A stretch of 64,000 nucleotides of DNA, taken from the NCBI GenBank assembly GCA_019058245.1, contig JAHPZJ010000020.1:1-64000 (forward strand), written 5' to 3'. Every line of letters starts with the position of its first letter. The stretch's first letter is position 1. The DNA is from Promethearchaeota archaeon. Lineage in GTDB: Archaea; Asgardarchaeota; Lokiarchaeia; Sigyniarchaeales; SOKP01. Shown in pieces: positions 1 to 9,107 of the stretch. The translations under genes and the position numbers were made by a program. Below the pieces are notes generated by a model. The model saw nothing but the letters and a program-made list of their open reading frames with translations. It was not told the DNA's origin and did no database searches.

Positions 1-1
1 G

Positions 2-580
2 AGGCCGTCACGAGTTTTTAGACTACTGTTTCGTATTTTTATACTAATATTATCACTATCTGTTACTATTGTATCTGCACTTGGAGCATATTCAGCGGTT
101 GTAATACTATCCGATTTTGATACTAATATTGGATGGGATATTGATAACGCAGTAATAGATGCTCAAATAAATGAAACAACATATAAAATTGATGAATTTA
201 ATTTTTCCCTACCAGTATATTTCATTAATACTGGATTCTTTGATTTAGAAAATCTTGAACTTACTATAAGTCTTGAAATGAATTATAGTCAGGTAGATTA
301 CCCTACATCAGGAATGAATACAACAAGACAAATAGAAATTCTTTGGAAGCATCAAAATTTTGGAGATATTCCCAAAGGACAAAGAAGAGATTTCAACTTT
401 TCAGCAGATATAAGTAATTTTATTCCTTCAGCAGTACCGGATTTTTCAACAGAAGTAGATTTGACTAGAGGACCACCTGCGGTAATATTTTATGCAAATC
501 TAATCCTTAGTTTAGATTATTCACTAGGTTTACATTCAATTACATTTGGAATGACGAATTTAAATATCGGAGAAATATAA
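2..580 (+). CDS. Membrane-anchored hypothetical protein (LEA2-like beta domain), 5'-truncated by the window edge
   Basis: The frame of ORF 278..580 is open from nt 2. It reads RPSRVFRLLFRIFILILSLSVTIVSALGAYSAVVIL (TM), then FSLPVYFINTGFFDLENLELTISL. Confidence 0.6.
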   Translation, partial: RPSRVFRLLFRIFILILSLSVTIVSALGAYSAVVILSDFDTNIGWDIDNAVIDAQINETTYKIDEFNFSLPVYFINTGFFDLENLELTISLEMNYSQVDYPTSGMNTTRQIEILWKHQNFGDIPKGQRRDFNFSADISNFIPSAVPDFSTEVDLTRGPPAVIFYANLILSLDYSLGLHSITFGMTNLNIGEI

Positions 581-596
581 TAAGAGGTGAAATAAT

Positions 597-1079
597 ATGG
601 GTGCCGTAGGAAATATGGTGAAAGGATTTATTTTTGCAGCAATTTACGCAGTGGTTACCATTGTTATTCCAATAATTATGTTCTCAATAATTGTACACCT
701 TCCAATTCTTCCTTTTGGTCAATTAGATTTCACACGAGAAGATTATGAAAATGTGAGATTCTGGATAATTTCCATTGGAATTATTATCTGTGCTTGTGCT
801 TTTTTCTCGCATTCTTCTCCAAAACAATCAATCCGAAAAGCTTCATTTGCATTGATTCAAGTTCTTGTTAATTGTATATACATATGGGCCTATAAATTCT
901 CTGGTGCTCTTGAATGGACATTTACAGTTGAAAATGTTGCATTTCTTACACTAAATGTCTCACAGATGGTTCTTGTCACTTTAGGAATATATCTTCTGAC
1001 TATTGTACTAAGAGTATACGATTTAATAGATTTTACAATTAATAGAGAAAAAATTCGAGAAGAACGAATTAAAGATTAA
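597..1079 (+). CDS. Hypothetical integral membrane protein (~4 TM)
   Basis: Four hydrophobic segments; GAGGTGA RBS 6 nt upstream. Confidence 0.7.
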   Translation: MGAVGNMVKGFIFAAIYAVVTIVIPIIMFSIIVHLPILPFGQLDFTREDYENVRFWIISIGIIICACAFFSHSSPKQSIRKASFALIQVLVNCIYIWAYKFSGALEWTFTVENVAFLTLNVSQMVLVTLGIYLLTIVLRVYDLIDFTINREKIREERIKD

Positions 1080-1105
1080 AAAGGTGAGATAAAATACTAT
1101 TTCAA

Positions 1106-1477
1106 ATGGGAGTTTTAGAAATTTTAGCTGAAATCTTTGGAGCTATCTATACATTTTTTAGACCAATTGTAACTCCAATTGGACAATTTATGGTAAGTTG
1201 GATTACAGTAGTATATTCTTTTTTAGAGGCTAATTTTTATGGTGAGTTAATTTTCTATATCATTATTTGTGTTATTATTATGATTGCTGGAATTATTGTC
1301 AATATTGTATGGCCAGGAAATATCAAGGGGAATATCTTTTCTAAAGGAAAGCCTGATGAGTTTAAGGTCAAGACTGAGGAAGAAGAAGATATAGTTGATA
1401 GTGTTAAGCGTTGTAAAGATTGTGGTAATCCAATTGGAGATGCAGATGTATGCCCTTTATGTGGAGCTCGTAATTAA
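1106..1477 (+). CDS. Membrane protein with C-terminal zinc ribbon
   Basis: TM segment followed by CKDCG...CPLCG. Confidence 0.7.
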   Translation: MGVLEILAEIFGAIYTFFRPIVTPIGQFMVSWITVVYSFLEANFYGELIFYIIICVIIMIAGIIVNIVWPGNIKGNIFSKGKPDEFKVKTEEEEDIVDSVKRCKDCGNPIGDADVCPLCGARN

Positions 1478-1845
1478 ATTAATTTTTTTTCCCATTTTTT
1501 TCTTATTTTTAGTGAATAATTAACGATTCAATTGCATAGATCTAACTAAATATTCCCTCAAATGAATTGGATATATCTTTTCAATTATAATCAACAATAT
1601 AGTCTTTTTATATGATAATCTTGATATCAATTTATTTTATTCAATCAATTTCTAAATCCTATTTTAATATATAATCAGTATTATTTATTGATAATCTCAC
1701 TATTATTATCATTTTTGATCTACTTATGTGATTCTTCAATAATGATTAGAATTTTTATTAAATACATAACATTAAATTTATATTTTTAAACTATACTAGT
1801 TAGAGTAAAAAGAATATATTTATCCAATATTTTAGAAGAGAATAA

Positions 1846-2586
1846 ATGAGTTTTAATTACAATCTTGAAAATTTTAAAAACAAAAAGGATCTTATCGAGG
1901 AATTAGATTATTATAAATCTATCATTCTAAAGAAAATAAAGAATGGAGATTATAATTCTGCTTTAGAAAAAGTAAGATCAGCATTAGTATTAATAGAAGA
2001 ACATAAGAACGCTTTTAATATTGAGAAAGAAATTCGCGAATTTTATGAGATCAATAAAAAAGTGAGGGATGAATTACTTACCCACCGAATAACTTATGAA
2101 CGTCGTTTCAATAATCTTATAAAGGAAAAGCTTAGTGAAACAAATCTAGAAGATTTTACTAAATTGTTAGCCATGCTAAAGAATGAAGTAGACCAAAATA
2201 TGAATAAATATCATTTACAAGATATTAGTCTTAATATTACGAAATATTTTAAATTTATAAAGAAAATGTATGAAATTTTAAGTTGTTATAAAGTCCTAAA
2301 CTATCATGATGCTTCCGATAAAATTTTTGAGTTTGTAAAAGAAATTAAAGTTGAGAATTTCCCAAATTTGAAAAGACTCATTTCGTTAACTTATCAAAAT
2401 TTAATAAGGAATAGATTGTTCCAATGTTCAAAAGAATATGATAAACTCTCAATTTCAGCTCTTTCTAAAAGAATGGCTATGGATCAAGAGCAATTACTCG
2501 AAATTATTAATCTAATACAAAAACAACCTAAAAGTCCTATCCAAAATTACATTCCCAAAACTCAGGAAATTATTTTTAAAAAATAG
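1846..2586 (+). CDS. Helical-repeat protein with C-terminal PCI-like winged helix
   Basis: All-helical N-terminus; C-terminal NRLFQCSKEYDKLSISALSKRMAMDQEQLLEII resembles the PCI winged-helix pattern. Confidence 0.55.
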   Translation: MSFNYNLENFKNKKDLIEELDYYKSIILKKIKNGDYNSALEKVRSALVLIEEHKNAFNIEKEIREFYEINKKVRDELLTHRITYERRFNNLIKEKLSETNLEDFTKLLAMLKNEVDQNMNKYHLQDISLNITKYFKFIKKMYEILSCYKVLNYHDASDKIFEFVKEIKVENFPNLKRLISLTYQNLIRNRLFQCSKEYDKLSISALSKRMAMDQEQLLEIINLIQKQPKSPIQNYIPKTQEIIFKK

Positions 2587-2631
2587 TGACTTGTATAAAT
2601 AATATCTTATAAATTACAAATCTCTTTAGAA

Positions 2632-2760
2632 TTATAAGCCTCTATAAGATTCTGGTCTTAAAATATTAGTATAAGTACATCCTTCGGTTAGTTGAATCAA
2701 AAGAGAATTTGCCTCGCTTGGAGGTCTAAATACAGGATGACAGAAATAGATTTCTTCCAT
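2632..2760 (-). pseudogene. Internally deleted radical SAM gene remnant (42 aa)
   Basis: Translates as MEEIYFCHPVFRPPSEANSLLIQLTEGCTYTNILRPESYRGL*. The N-terminus matches RPPVEAYSVLIPVTGGC of 11069..11977 but stops after the first Cys of CxxxCxxC. Confidence 0.75.
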
Positions 2761-2822
2761 TCTATGCACTATCTTTGAATCAATGCTATAATTTAGTGTT
2801 TTTTTGTACTTTATACATTAAT

Positions 2823-3524
2823 TTATTCTTCATCTTCATCATTTTCCGTTTCTGGAGGTTTCTTAGGGCAAGAGTTGAGATGACGTCCAAGTCTTTGAAA
2901 CTCTTTTCCACAATATGGACACTTTTGTTTCTCTGCGGTGCTTTTTTTATCCGTTTCAGAAGTTTCACTTACTTTCTTTTTCTTTTTCTTTTTTATTTTC
3001 GACGGCATAATATCTTCAATACTAGCATCATCAGGAGCAAATTCACAATTCCGAATATGCGAAGCTAAGTCATCAAATAGCTCTCCGCAAAAAGGACATT
3101 CAACTTCTTGAAAATCCTCAGAGTCCTCTAAATCAGCCTTTCCAGCTTTTCTTTTTTCGAATTTTAATGGTACTTTTTCTTCCTCTTCTTCAAATTCATC
3201 TATAGTTAAATCAATTTCTTCTTCAGATGTTATTTCAGCAATTTCAAATTCTTCCAATTTTATAGTCTTTTCTTTAATTTTCTTTTCAGCAATCTTTTTA
3301 CTTTCCTCGTATACTTCTGAAAATTTCCGATTACTTTTTACAGGATCATATATCGTACACACTTGACAAACATACGCTCGACTTCCTAAAACCAAATCTC
3401 TAGCAGAACAATAACATAATGATTGAAGACTGTTACTAATATTACCTTGAGGTTCAAGGTGTTTACACACAATTTTTCTAGAATATTTAATTTTTTGCTT
3501 GCGTCGTGGCGTGACAATCACCAA
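2823..3524 (-). CDS. Zinc-finger protein: Cys-rich N-terminus, acidic linker, two CCHC (C-x2-C-x9-H-x3-C) fingers
   Basis: CPFCGELFDDLASHIRNC and CPYCGKEFQRLGRHLNSC; poly-E and poly-K tracts; TTG start. Confidence 0.7.
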   Translation of the reverse strand: MVIVTPRRKQKIKYSRKIVCKHLEPQGNISNSLQSLCYCSARDLVLGSRAYVCQVCTIYDPVKSNRKFSEVYEESKKIAEKKIKEKTIKLEEFEIAEITSEEEIDLTIDEFEEEEEKVPLKFEKRKAGKADLEDSEDFQEVECPFCGELFDDLASHIRNCEFAPDDASIEDIMPSKIKKKKKKKVSETSETDKKSTAEKQKCPYCGKEFQRLGRHLNSCPKKPPETENDEDEE

Positions 3525-3611
3525 AAGAAGTATATAAGAAAATTAATCTTAAAATATAATTTTTTTGAATTTTAATTTGGAAGTATCTATAAATAAAAAG
3601 CAAAAATAGTA

Positions 3612-5201
3612 TTAAAAATTATAATGTAGTTTTTTCAGATCCTTTTCAATTTTACTTTTTAATTCTTTATTTTCTAATTTTGATAATAATTCTTCTACAA
3701 TGTCTCTTAATTCTACGATTTTTTGTATCAGTAAATCCGGCTTATTCCAAAAATCAGTTCTTAGAGGATGCATTTTAAGAATTGCCTTATTGAAATTCTC
3801 TATTGCAGCTCTATAAAATAAACAAGCATTTTCTATTTTATTAAGTCTTGATTGATAAATGGATCCTATTTTATTAAAACACATTCCTGCACCCGCAAAA
3901 TCTCCTTCTTTTTCAAAATTTATAGCAGCTTCTTGGACTTTATTCAATGCACTTTCTAAAACATTATTATCTCCCTTTTTCAACAATAAATACCCACTAA
4001 TATAATGTGATATTCCTAAATAGAAAAGATTATTTTGCTTTTTAGCCAATTTATACAATTCGCCAGAAAATTCTCCAGCAAAAATAAAATGCTCATTTGA
4101 GATGCATTTTTGAGCTACTATTCTCAATAATTCTAATACTCTTTCAAAATCTTTAATTTCCTTATATTTATCAATTCCCTGTCTGTATTTTTCAACTCCA
4201 ATAAATGAATCTTTATTCTCGAAAGCTTGATTTCCTTTATAAATTAATTGTTCGGCAGTTTCTATTAACTTTATTTGTTTCTGCTTTTTTTTCCCCTCTA
4301 TATCACCATAAAAAAAATCATTAACTCCAAATGCAACATCTTCAGTCATTGGAATTTCAGTTAAAATCTCTTTCTTTATTGCATTAATTGGTTCAGAGAG
4401 AGATTCGATGTTCTTCTCATGTGAAAATTCTTCCCTATATGCAGATTGTAATGGTTTTCCTTCTGTTACCAATGCAGAAAGCTCAGACAATACATTTGCG
4501 AAAAAATATTTGTTTAATCCATCTACTACATAATCTATTTTATGATAGTTATTATCAAATCCTGGATCATTGACATCCATATTTACATCGGTTATTCTAT
4601 AGACTTCAAAGCCAGTATCATATTTTGCCATAGTATGTTCTGAGCCATCTTCACTTTTTATTATTTCTTCTTTTTTCTTTCCTAATAAAGTATGATCAAA
4701 TACTAAACCACAAAAATCATTATTAGTTTGTTGAAAACCAAGTTGATTAATTAAATCTATATAGGAAAAGAATAAGTTTAATCCAGGATGACTATGAAAC
4801 CATCCCACCATATAATAGCCTTTACCCTCCTTATTGAGCCTCTCTTGAATCTCTTCAATAAATCCATAATGTCTTTCATCTAACTGTACATCAGTAGAAT
4901 GTCCGAAAGTTAATGCTTCTGAACGTTCAATATACACTAAATCTTCATCTGATTTTCCAATTAAAATACCGTATATTTCTTTCCATTCCTCTGGAGGTAT
5001 AGATTTATTTGCATATCGACTTGCATATAAAATTATAGTTTTATAAGCATCTGCTCGAATAATCACAGGTTTACTTATTCTGTGTGTTTGTTCTTCCTCT
5101 TGTTTTTTCTCTAAATTTTCATGTAGATCTTCCTTTTTAGCTTCTTCCTCATCACTTGATTGTTTTAAATCCTCAGACATTTTAATTATACCAAATTTCA
5201 A
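3612..5201 (-). CDS. JAMM/MPN+ metallo-isopeptidase (Rpn11/CSN5-like) fused to C-terminal TPR/SNAP-like repeats
   Basis: KEIYGILIG (catalytic Glu) and VGWFHSHPGLNLFFSYID (H-x-H-x7-S-x2-D). The true start may be MSEDL at 5180. Confidence 0.85.
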   Translation of the reverse strand: MKFGIIKMSEDLKQSSDEEEAKKEDLHENLEKKQEEEQTHRISKPVIIRADAYKTIILYASRYANKSIPPEEWKEIYGILIGKSDEDLVYIERSEALTFGHSTDVQLDERHYGFIEEIQERLNKEGKGYYMVGWFHSHPGLNLFFSYIDLINQLGFQQTNNDFCGLVFDHTLLGKKKEEIIKSEDGSEHTMAKYDTGFEVYRITDVNMDVNDPGFDNNYHKIDYVVDGLNKYFFANVLSELSALVTEGKPLQSAYREEFSHEKNIESLSEPINAIKKEILTEIPMTEDVAFGVNDFFYGDIEGKKKQKQIKLIETAEQLIYKGNQAFENKDSFIGVEKYRQGIDKYKEIKDFERVLELLRIVAQKCISNEHFIFAGEFSGELYKLAKKQNNLFYLGISHYISGYLLLKKGDNNVLESALNKVQEAAINFEKEGDFAGAGMCFNKIGSIYQSRLNKIENACLFYRAAIENFNKAILKMHPLRTDFWNKPDLLIQKIVELRDIVEELLSKLENKELKSKIEKDLKKLHYNF

Positions 5202-5299
5202 TTAGTATCTAAAAGAATAATAAATGTGTTCTTAATTAAAATTATGCCTATTCAATTTAAAAATACAACTTTTAACAATGACCATTAGATCTACTCTAA

Positions 5300-5857
5300 T
5301 TACGCCCTAGAAATCGCTTTCATAAAGCGTATCCTGATATCTTCAGGTTTTAAAGGGATATTTTCTACTTGAGCATTACCAGGATCAACTTTGATTAATA
5401 CAAAATGACATCCAACTCCTAAATTTTTTAATTTTGGCATAATTTCTTCTGCTTCCTTTATTACAACAATGGATTCAAATCCTGCTCCCTTAGCTATAAC
5501 ATCAAGTTTAGTCTTATAATTTGTATAAGTTTTTTGATCGCCAGTAGAACCATACGATGAATTATCAATCACTATTAAAGTTAGATTTTGCGGATTAGTA
5601 TTTGCTATTGTACTTAAACTGCCAAGATTCATCAATATAGATCCATCTCCATCAATACATATAATCTTCTTATTTGGTTTTGAAATAGCTAACCCAAAAG
5701 AGAGGGAAGAAACTAAACCCATAGATCCAAGCATATAAAAATTTTCGTCTCGGTCTTCTATATTATACAATTCCCTTGAAGGAGCACCAAGGTTGCATAT
5801 AATTATCTCAACAGTTAATGATTCCATAATTTTTTTGATCGCATCATACCGTTTCAT
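5300..5857 (-). CDS. comE: Sulfopyruvate decarboxylase subunit beta (TPP-binding)
   Basis: NFYMLGSMG and IDGDGSILMNLG...IDN TPP motif; coupled to the alpha subunit. Confidence 0.85.
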   Translation of the reverse strand: MKRYDAIKKIMESLTVEIIICNLGAPSRELYNIEDRDENFYMLGSMGLVSSLSFGLAISKPNKKIICIDGDGSILMNLGSLSTIANTNPQNLTLIVIDNSSYGSTGDQKTYTNYKTKLDVIAKGAGFESIVVIKEAEEIMPKLKNLGVGCHFVLIKVDPGNAQVENIPLKPEDIRIRFMKAISRA

Positions 5858-6354
5858 TATAAATCATTCCATAAGGATCTTTTTAGTAGGATTGCTACTG
5901 AATTCTTTGATTTTTTATTAAAATTAATAGCCTTTTTTAATTCTTTAATATTCTCAATCGAATCAATAATAAATTTTTTAATATTTAAAATATCTAAAAG
6001 ATTAGGTGTGAGTTCTCCCATAGGAATTTGAGCGGGTATCCTTTCTCCTTCGACACCTCTATGACTTATTATAAATATTATAGGAATTCTGTATAATTCA
6101 AGTAATGATTTTATTGCATTAACTGAATTCCCCAATCCCGAATTTTGCATCAAAATTGCTGGTGTTTTTCCCCCTAGATAAGCACCTGCCGCAATTCCTA
6201 CCCCTTCTTCTTCTCTAGTAATAGGAATATGTTGGATTTCTTTCTTTTCATTAATAAGGGTTAATATTCCTTTCAATAGAATGCAAGGTAATGATAAAAT
6301 TAAATCTATCCCAGAATTTTTAATTTCTTCATATAATTTAAGGTCCGCAGTCAT
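5857..6354 (-). CDS. comD: Sulfopyruvate decarboxylase subunit alpha
   Basis: LPC, TREEEGVGIAAGAYLGG, MQNSGLGNSVN, SHRG motifs. Confidence 0.85.
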   Translation of the reverse strand: MTADLKLYEEIKNSGIDLILSLPCILLKGILTLINEKKEIQHIPITREEEGVGIAAGAYLGGKTPAILMQNSGLGNSVNAIKSLLELYRIPIIFIISHRGVEGERIPAQIPMGELTPNLLDILNIKKFIIDSIENIKELKKAINFNKKSKNSVAILLKRSLWNDL

Positions 6355-6638
6355 AATTTTTAAGTTTCAAATTAATTTTAGTATCTATTCAATATAATTA
6401 ATCAACAATCATTAAATTGCTATACTCCACTTAAAAAATATATGAACTTTATTAATATTTTATATAATGAATCTGATTTTTATAATATTAAAGAGTATTC
6501 TATTTATAAAATCGTAAATAATCAAATTATAATTATTATTTAATTTAATTCTAGTTAAAATAAAATTATTTACAGAAAATTTAAGTAAATTATATACTTA
6601 ATCCATTTGATTTAAGCAAATTCTAAAAGGTGATATAA

Positions 6639-7016
6639 ATAGTAATTGAATTAATTGCTTCTATTTACATAATTTTAATAGGAATTGCTATGTTATGTAT
6701 GTGGTTCTTCTTATTAATAAAAAGGGAAGTACCAGATCTTAAAACTAAACCAACACAAATATTTTTTCATTTAGTTGCTGAATTTTTTACGTCTATTATG
6801 CTTATAATCGGAGGAATTGGTTATTTAATAGAACAATCTTGGGGTACTGCAGTATTTTTTATTGCCGTTGGAATGTTAATTTATTCTACTATAAATGCGG
6901 CAGGATTTTATGGACAATTAAAAGATTGGCCGATGTTTATTGCGTTAATAGTGTTTGCATTTATTTCTTTTCTATTTGCAATATTAATAGTACTGCTTGA
7001 ATACCTTTTGATATAA
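6639..7016 (+). CDS. 4-TM hypothetical membrane protein (probable ATA start; ORF track starts at 6690)
   Basis: AGGTGA at 6628-6633, in-frame TAA at 6636, then ATA GTA ATT GAA..., which completes the first TM helix. Confidence 0.6.
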   Translation: MVIELIASIYIILIGIAMLCMWFFLLIKREVPDLKTKPTQIFFHLVAEFFTSIMLIIGGIGYLIEQSWGTAVFFIAVGMLIYSTINAAGFYGQLKDWPMFIALIVFAFISFLFAILIVLLEYLLI

Positions 7017-7022
7017 TAAAAA

Positions 7023-8237
7023 TTATATAATCCCTCTTTTTCTAAAAATACGAATATCTTCTTCAGAATATCTAAGATTTTTAAGAATTTCTATTGTATG
7101 TTGACCAAGTTTAGGGGCTAAATTTTTTATTTCTAGAGGAGTTCTTGAATATTTAATAGGTGAAGCTATATTTTGAATTTTACCGAATTTAGGATGATTC
7201 ATTTCAACAATCATTTTTCGTGCTTTAATTTGAGGATCTTCGCATGCTTCAGCAAAATTTTTTATTGGCATAACACATGCATCAAGATCTTTAAAAATAG
7301 CGAACCATTCTTTTTGTGTTTTTTTTAAAAATTCTTCTTGCAAGATCTTAAACACTTCTTCTCTTTCTTCTCCTTTAGCAAATTGTTTTAAACTTAAATC
7401 TTCACGATCAATGCCTTTGCATAATTCTCGCCAGAATTTTGCTTCAACAACTCCAATGGATAAAAATTTATTATCTTTTGTCTTATAAACATTATAAAAT
7501 GGAAAATCTCCCTGCAAAGGATTAGAAATTTCAAGATTATCATTTAAAGCTTTAGAAAAATGAAATGAAGCCAAATATGGCATAAAGGAAAATACACAAT
7601 CAGTCATAGAGATATCAATATATTGCCCTACTTTTTCAGAATTACTTTCTCTTTCCAATAATGCTCCTAATATTCCAATCACTGATACTAATCCTCCACC
7701 AATATCCGCAGCTTGAACTCCCGGAGGTATCGGTGCTTTATCTTTTGAAGTATCACCATATACAACTCTCTCTTTATTCAAATCTAATATTCCACATATT
7801 CCGATATAATTGAGATCATGACCTGCTATTTGTTCATATGGTCCATATTGACCATAACCGGTTAATGAACAGTAAATGATTGAGGGATTTATTAAACTTA
7901 GTGTATCATAATCAATTTTTAATTTTTTAGTAATTCTAGGGCGAAAACTCTCAAGAACAACATCAGCCTTTTTCACTAATTCATAAAAAATTTCCCTAGC
8001 CTTTTCTTTTTTTAGATTAAGTGTGATTGCCTTTTTATTTCTATTTAAGATTGAATTAAATGCACTTTCACGGTACTTACCTATCTGATAAAATGGTGGT
8101 GGATGTCCATATGGATAATATGGATCTTCTACTTTTATAACCTCTGCCCCAAGATCAGAGAGAATCATTGAACAATATGGTCCAGGAAGCATTCTAGTCA
8201 GATCTAAAATGATTTTCCCTTCTAAAGGTAATGACAT
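7023..8237 (-). CDS. CaiB/BaiF family III CoA-transferase (AMACR-like)
   Basis: LDLTRMLPGPYCSMILSDLGAEVIKVE, NRNKK, GHDLNY, ADIGGG. Confidence 0.9.
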   Translation of the reverse strand: MSLPLEGKIILDLTRMLPGPYCSMILSDLGAEVIKVEDPYYPYGHPPPFYQIGKYRESAFNSILNRNKKAITLNLKKEKAREIFYELVKKADVVLESFRPRITKKLKIDYDTLSLINPSIIYCSLTGYGQYGPYEQIAGHDLNYIGICGILDLNKERVVYGDTSKDKAPIPPGVQAADIGGGLVSVIGILGALLERESNSEKVGQYIDISMTDCVFSFMPYLASFHFSKALNDNLEISNPLQGDFPFYNVYKTKDNKFLSIGVVEAKFWRELCKGIDREDLSLKQFAKGEEREEVFKILQEEFLKKTQKEWFAIFKDLDACVMPIKNFAEACEDPQIKARKMIVEMNHPKFGKIQNIASPIKYSRTPLEIKNLAPKLGQHTIEILKNLRYSEEDIRIFRKRGII

Positions 8238-8491
8238 AATACTTTAAAAATTAGATAAAATAAAAGTATTAATGAAAAGTATAAAAGCTGGTTGATAAAT
8301 TATTGTTTAATTTTTATTAATTGGTTTTTCGTTCCTTTAAGAAATCCAATAATTCTCGATCTAGATTAAAATTATATTCTTTTAATTTATCTTTTGTCAA
8401 TTTTAAAATTGAATTAAATTTTGATTTCAAAATACATATTAAGGTATAAGCTGGTAATTATTATTAAAAAAAGAAAAAATTATTTGAGTTT

Positions 8492-9004
8492 CTATAAGTT
8501 AATAATTTCAGATTCCATTTTTTCCGTGTCTAAAATAGCAAAAGTTGCATTGCCAGTTAAATAACCACAGAGTTCACCAGGATTTACAACTAATGTACCA
8601 TTATTCAATTTAATATTGGATAGGGAATGTGTATGTCCGGATAAAATTATATCAAAATTACCAGAATTTGCTAGTGCTTTTATTGTCTTTTCTCTTGGCA
8701 TATGAGATACGAAAATTCTTTTGTCACCCAATTCTAAAATCAATTCATGACCATTTTGAGGAAATTCGCAGATCTGACCAAGATTTTTCTTTAAAAGTAA
8801 TTTATCTCCATCGTTATTTCCAAACACACCATAGAATTTTTTTTTAATAGAATCATTTAGGTCATCAAATGAGCGCTTTACAAATGGCGCGACATAATCC
8901 CCACAGTGTATAAGAGCTTCTGCATTTCTTTTATTTATTATTGAAACAGCTTTAGATATATTATTCATATGATCATGAGTATCACTCATTACCGCAATAA
9001 TCAT
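8492..9004 (-). CDS. YfcE/MJ0936-family metallophosphoesterase
   Basis: SDTH, HCGD, GNND, GHTH, NPG motifs. Confidence 0.88.
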   Translation of the reverse strand: MIIAVMSDTHDHMNNISKAVSIINKRNAEALIHCGDYVAPFVKRSFDDLNDSIKKKFYGVFGNNDGDKLLLKKNLGQICEFPQNGHELILELGDKRIFVSHMPREKTIKALANSGNFDIILSGHTHSLSNIKLNNGTLVVNPGELCGYLTGNATFAILDTEKMESEIINL

Positions 9005-9107
9005 TATTTTTTATTCTCCTATTATTTTAAAAGTAATTGAATTTAGATATAATTAAATTAAATTATTATATGATTTATATTAATAATACACTTTTTGTGA
9101 ATTAGTT

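Noticed and set aside
2676-2742. Apparent three-way RNA structure (CATCCT/AGGATG and CCTC/GAGG stems) suggesting a ribozyme or ncRNA
   Set aside because: The GC content is explained by the minus-strand radical SAM remnant, and there is no hammerhead or other known core.
8492-9004. Vps29 retromer subunit
   Set aside because: It keeps the full active metallophosphoesterase motif set typical of prokaryotic YfcE/MJ0936, and no retromer partners are nearby.
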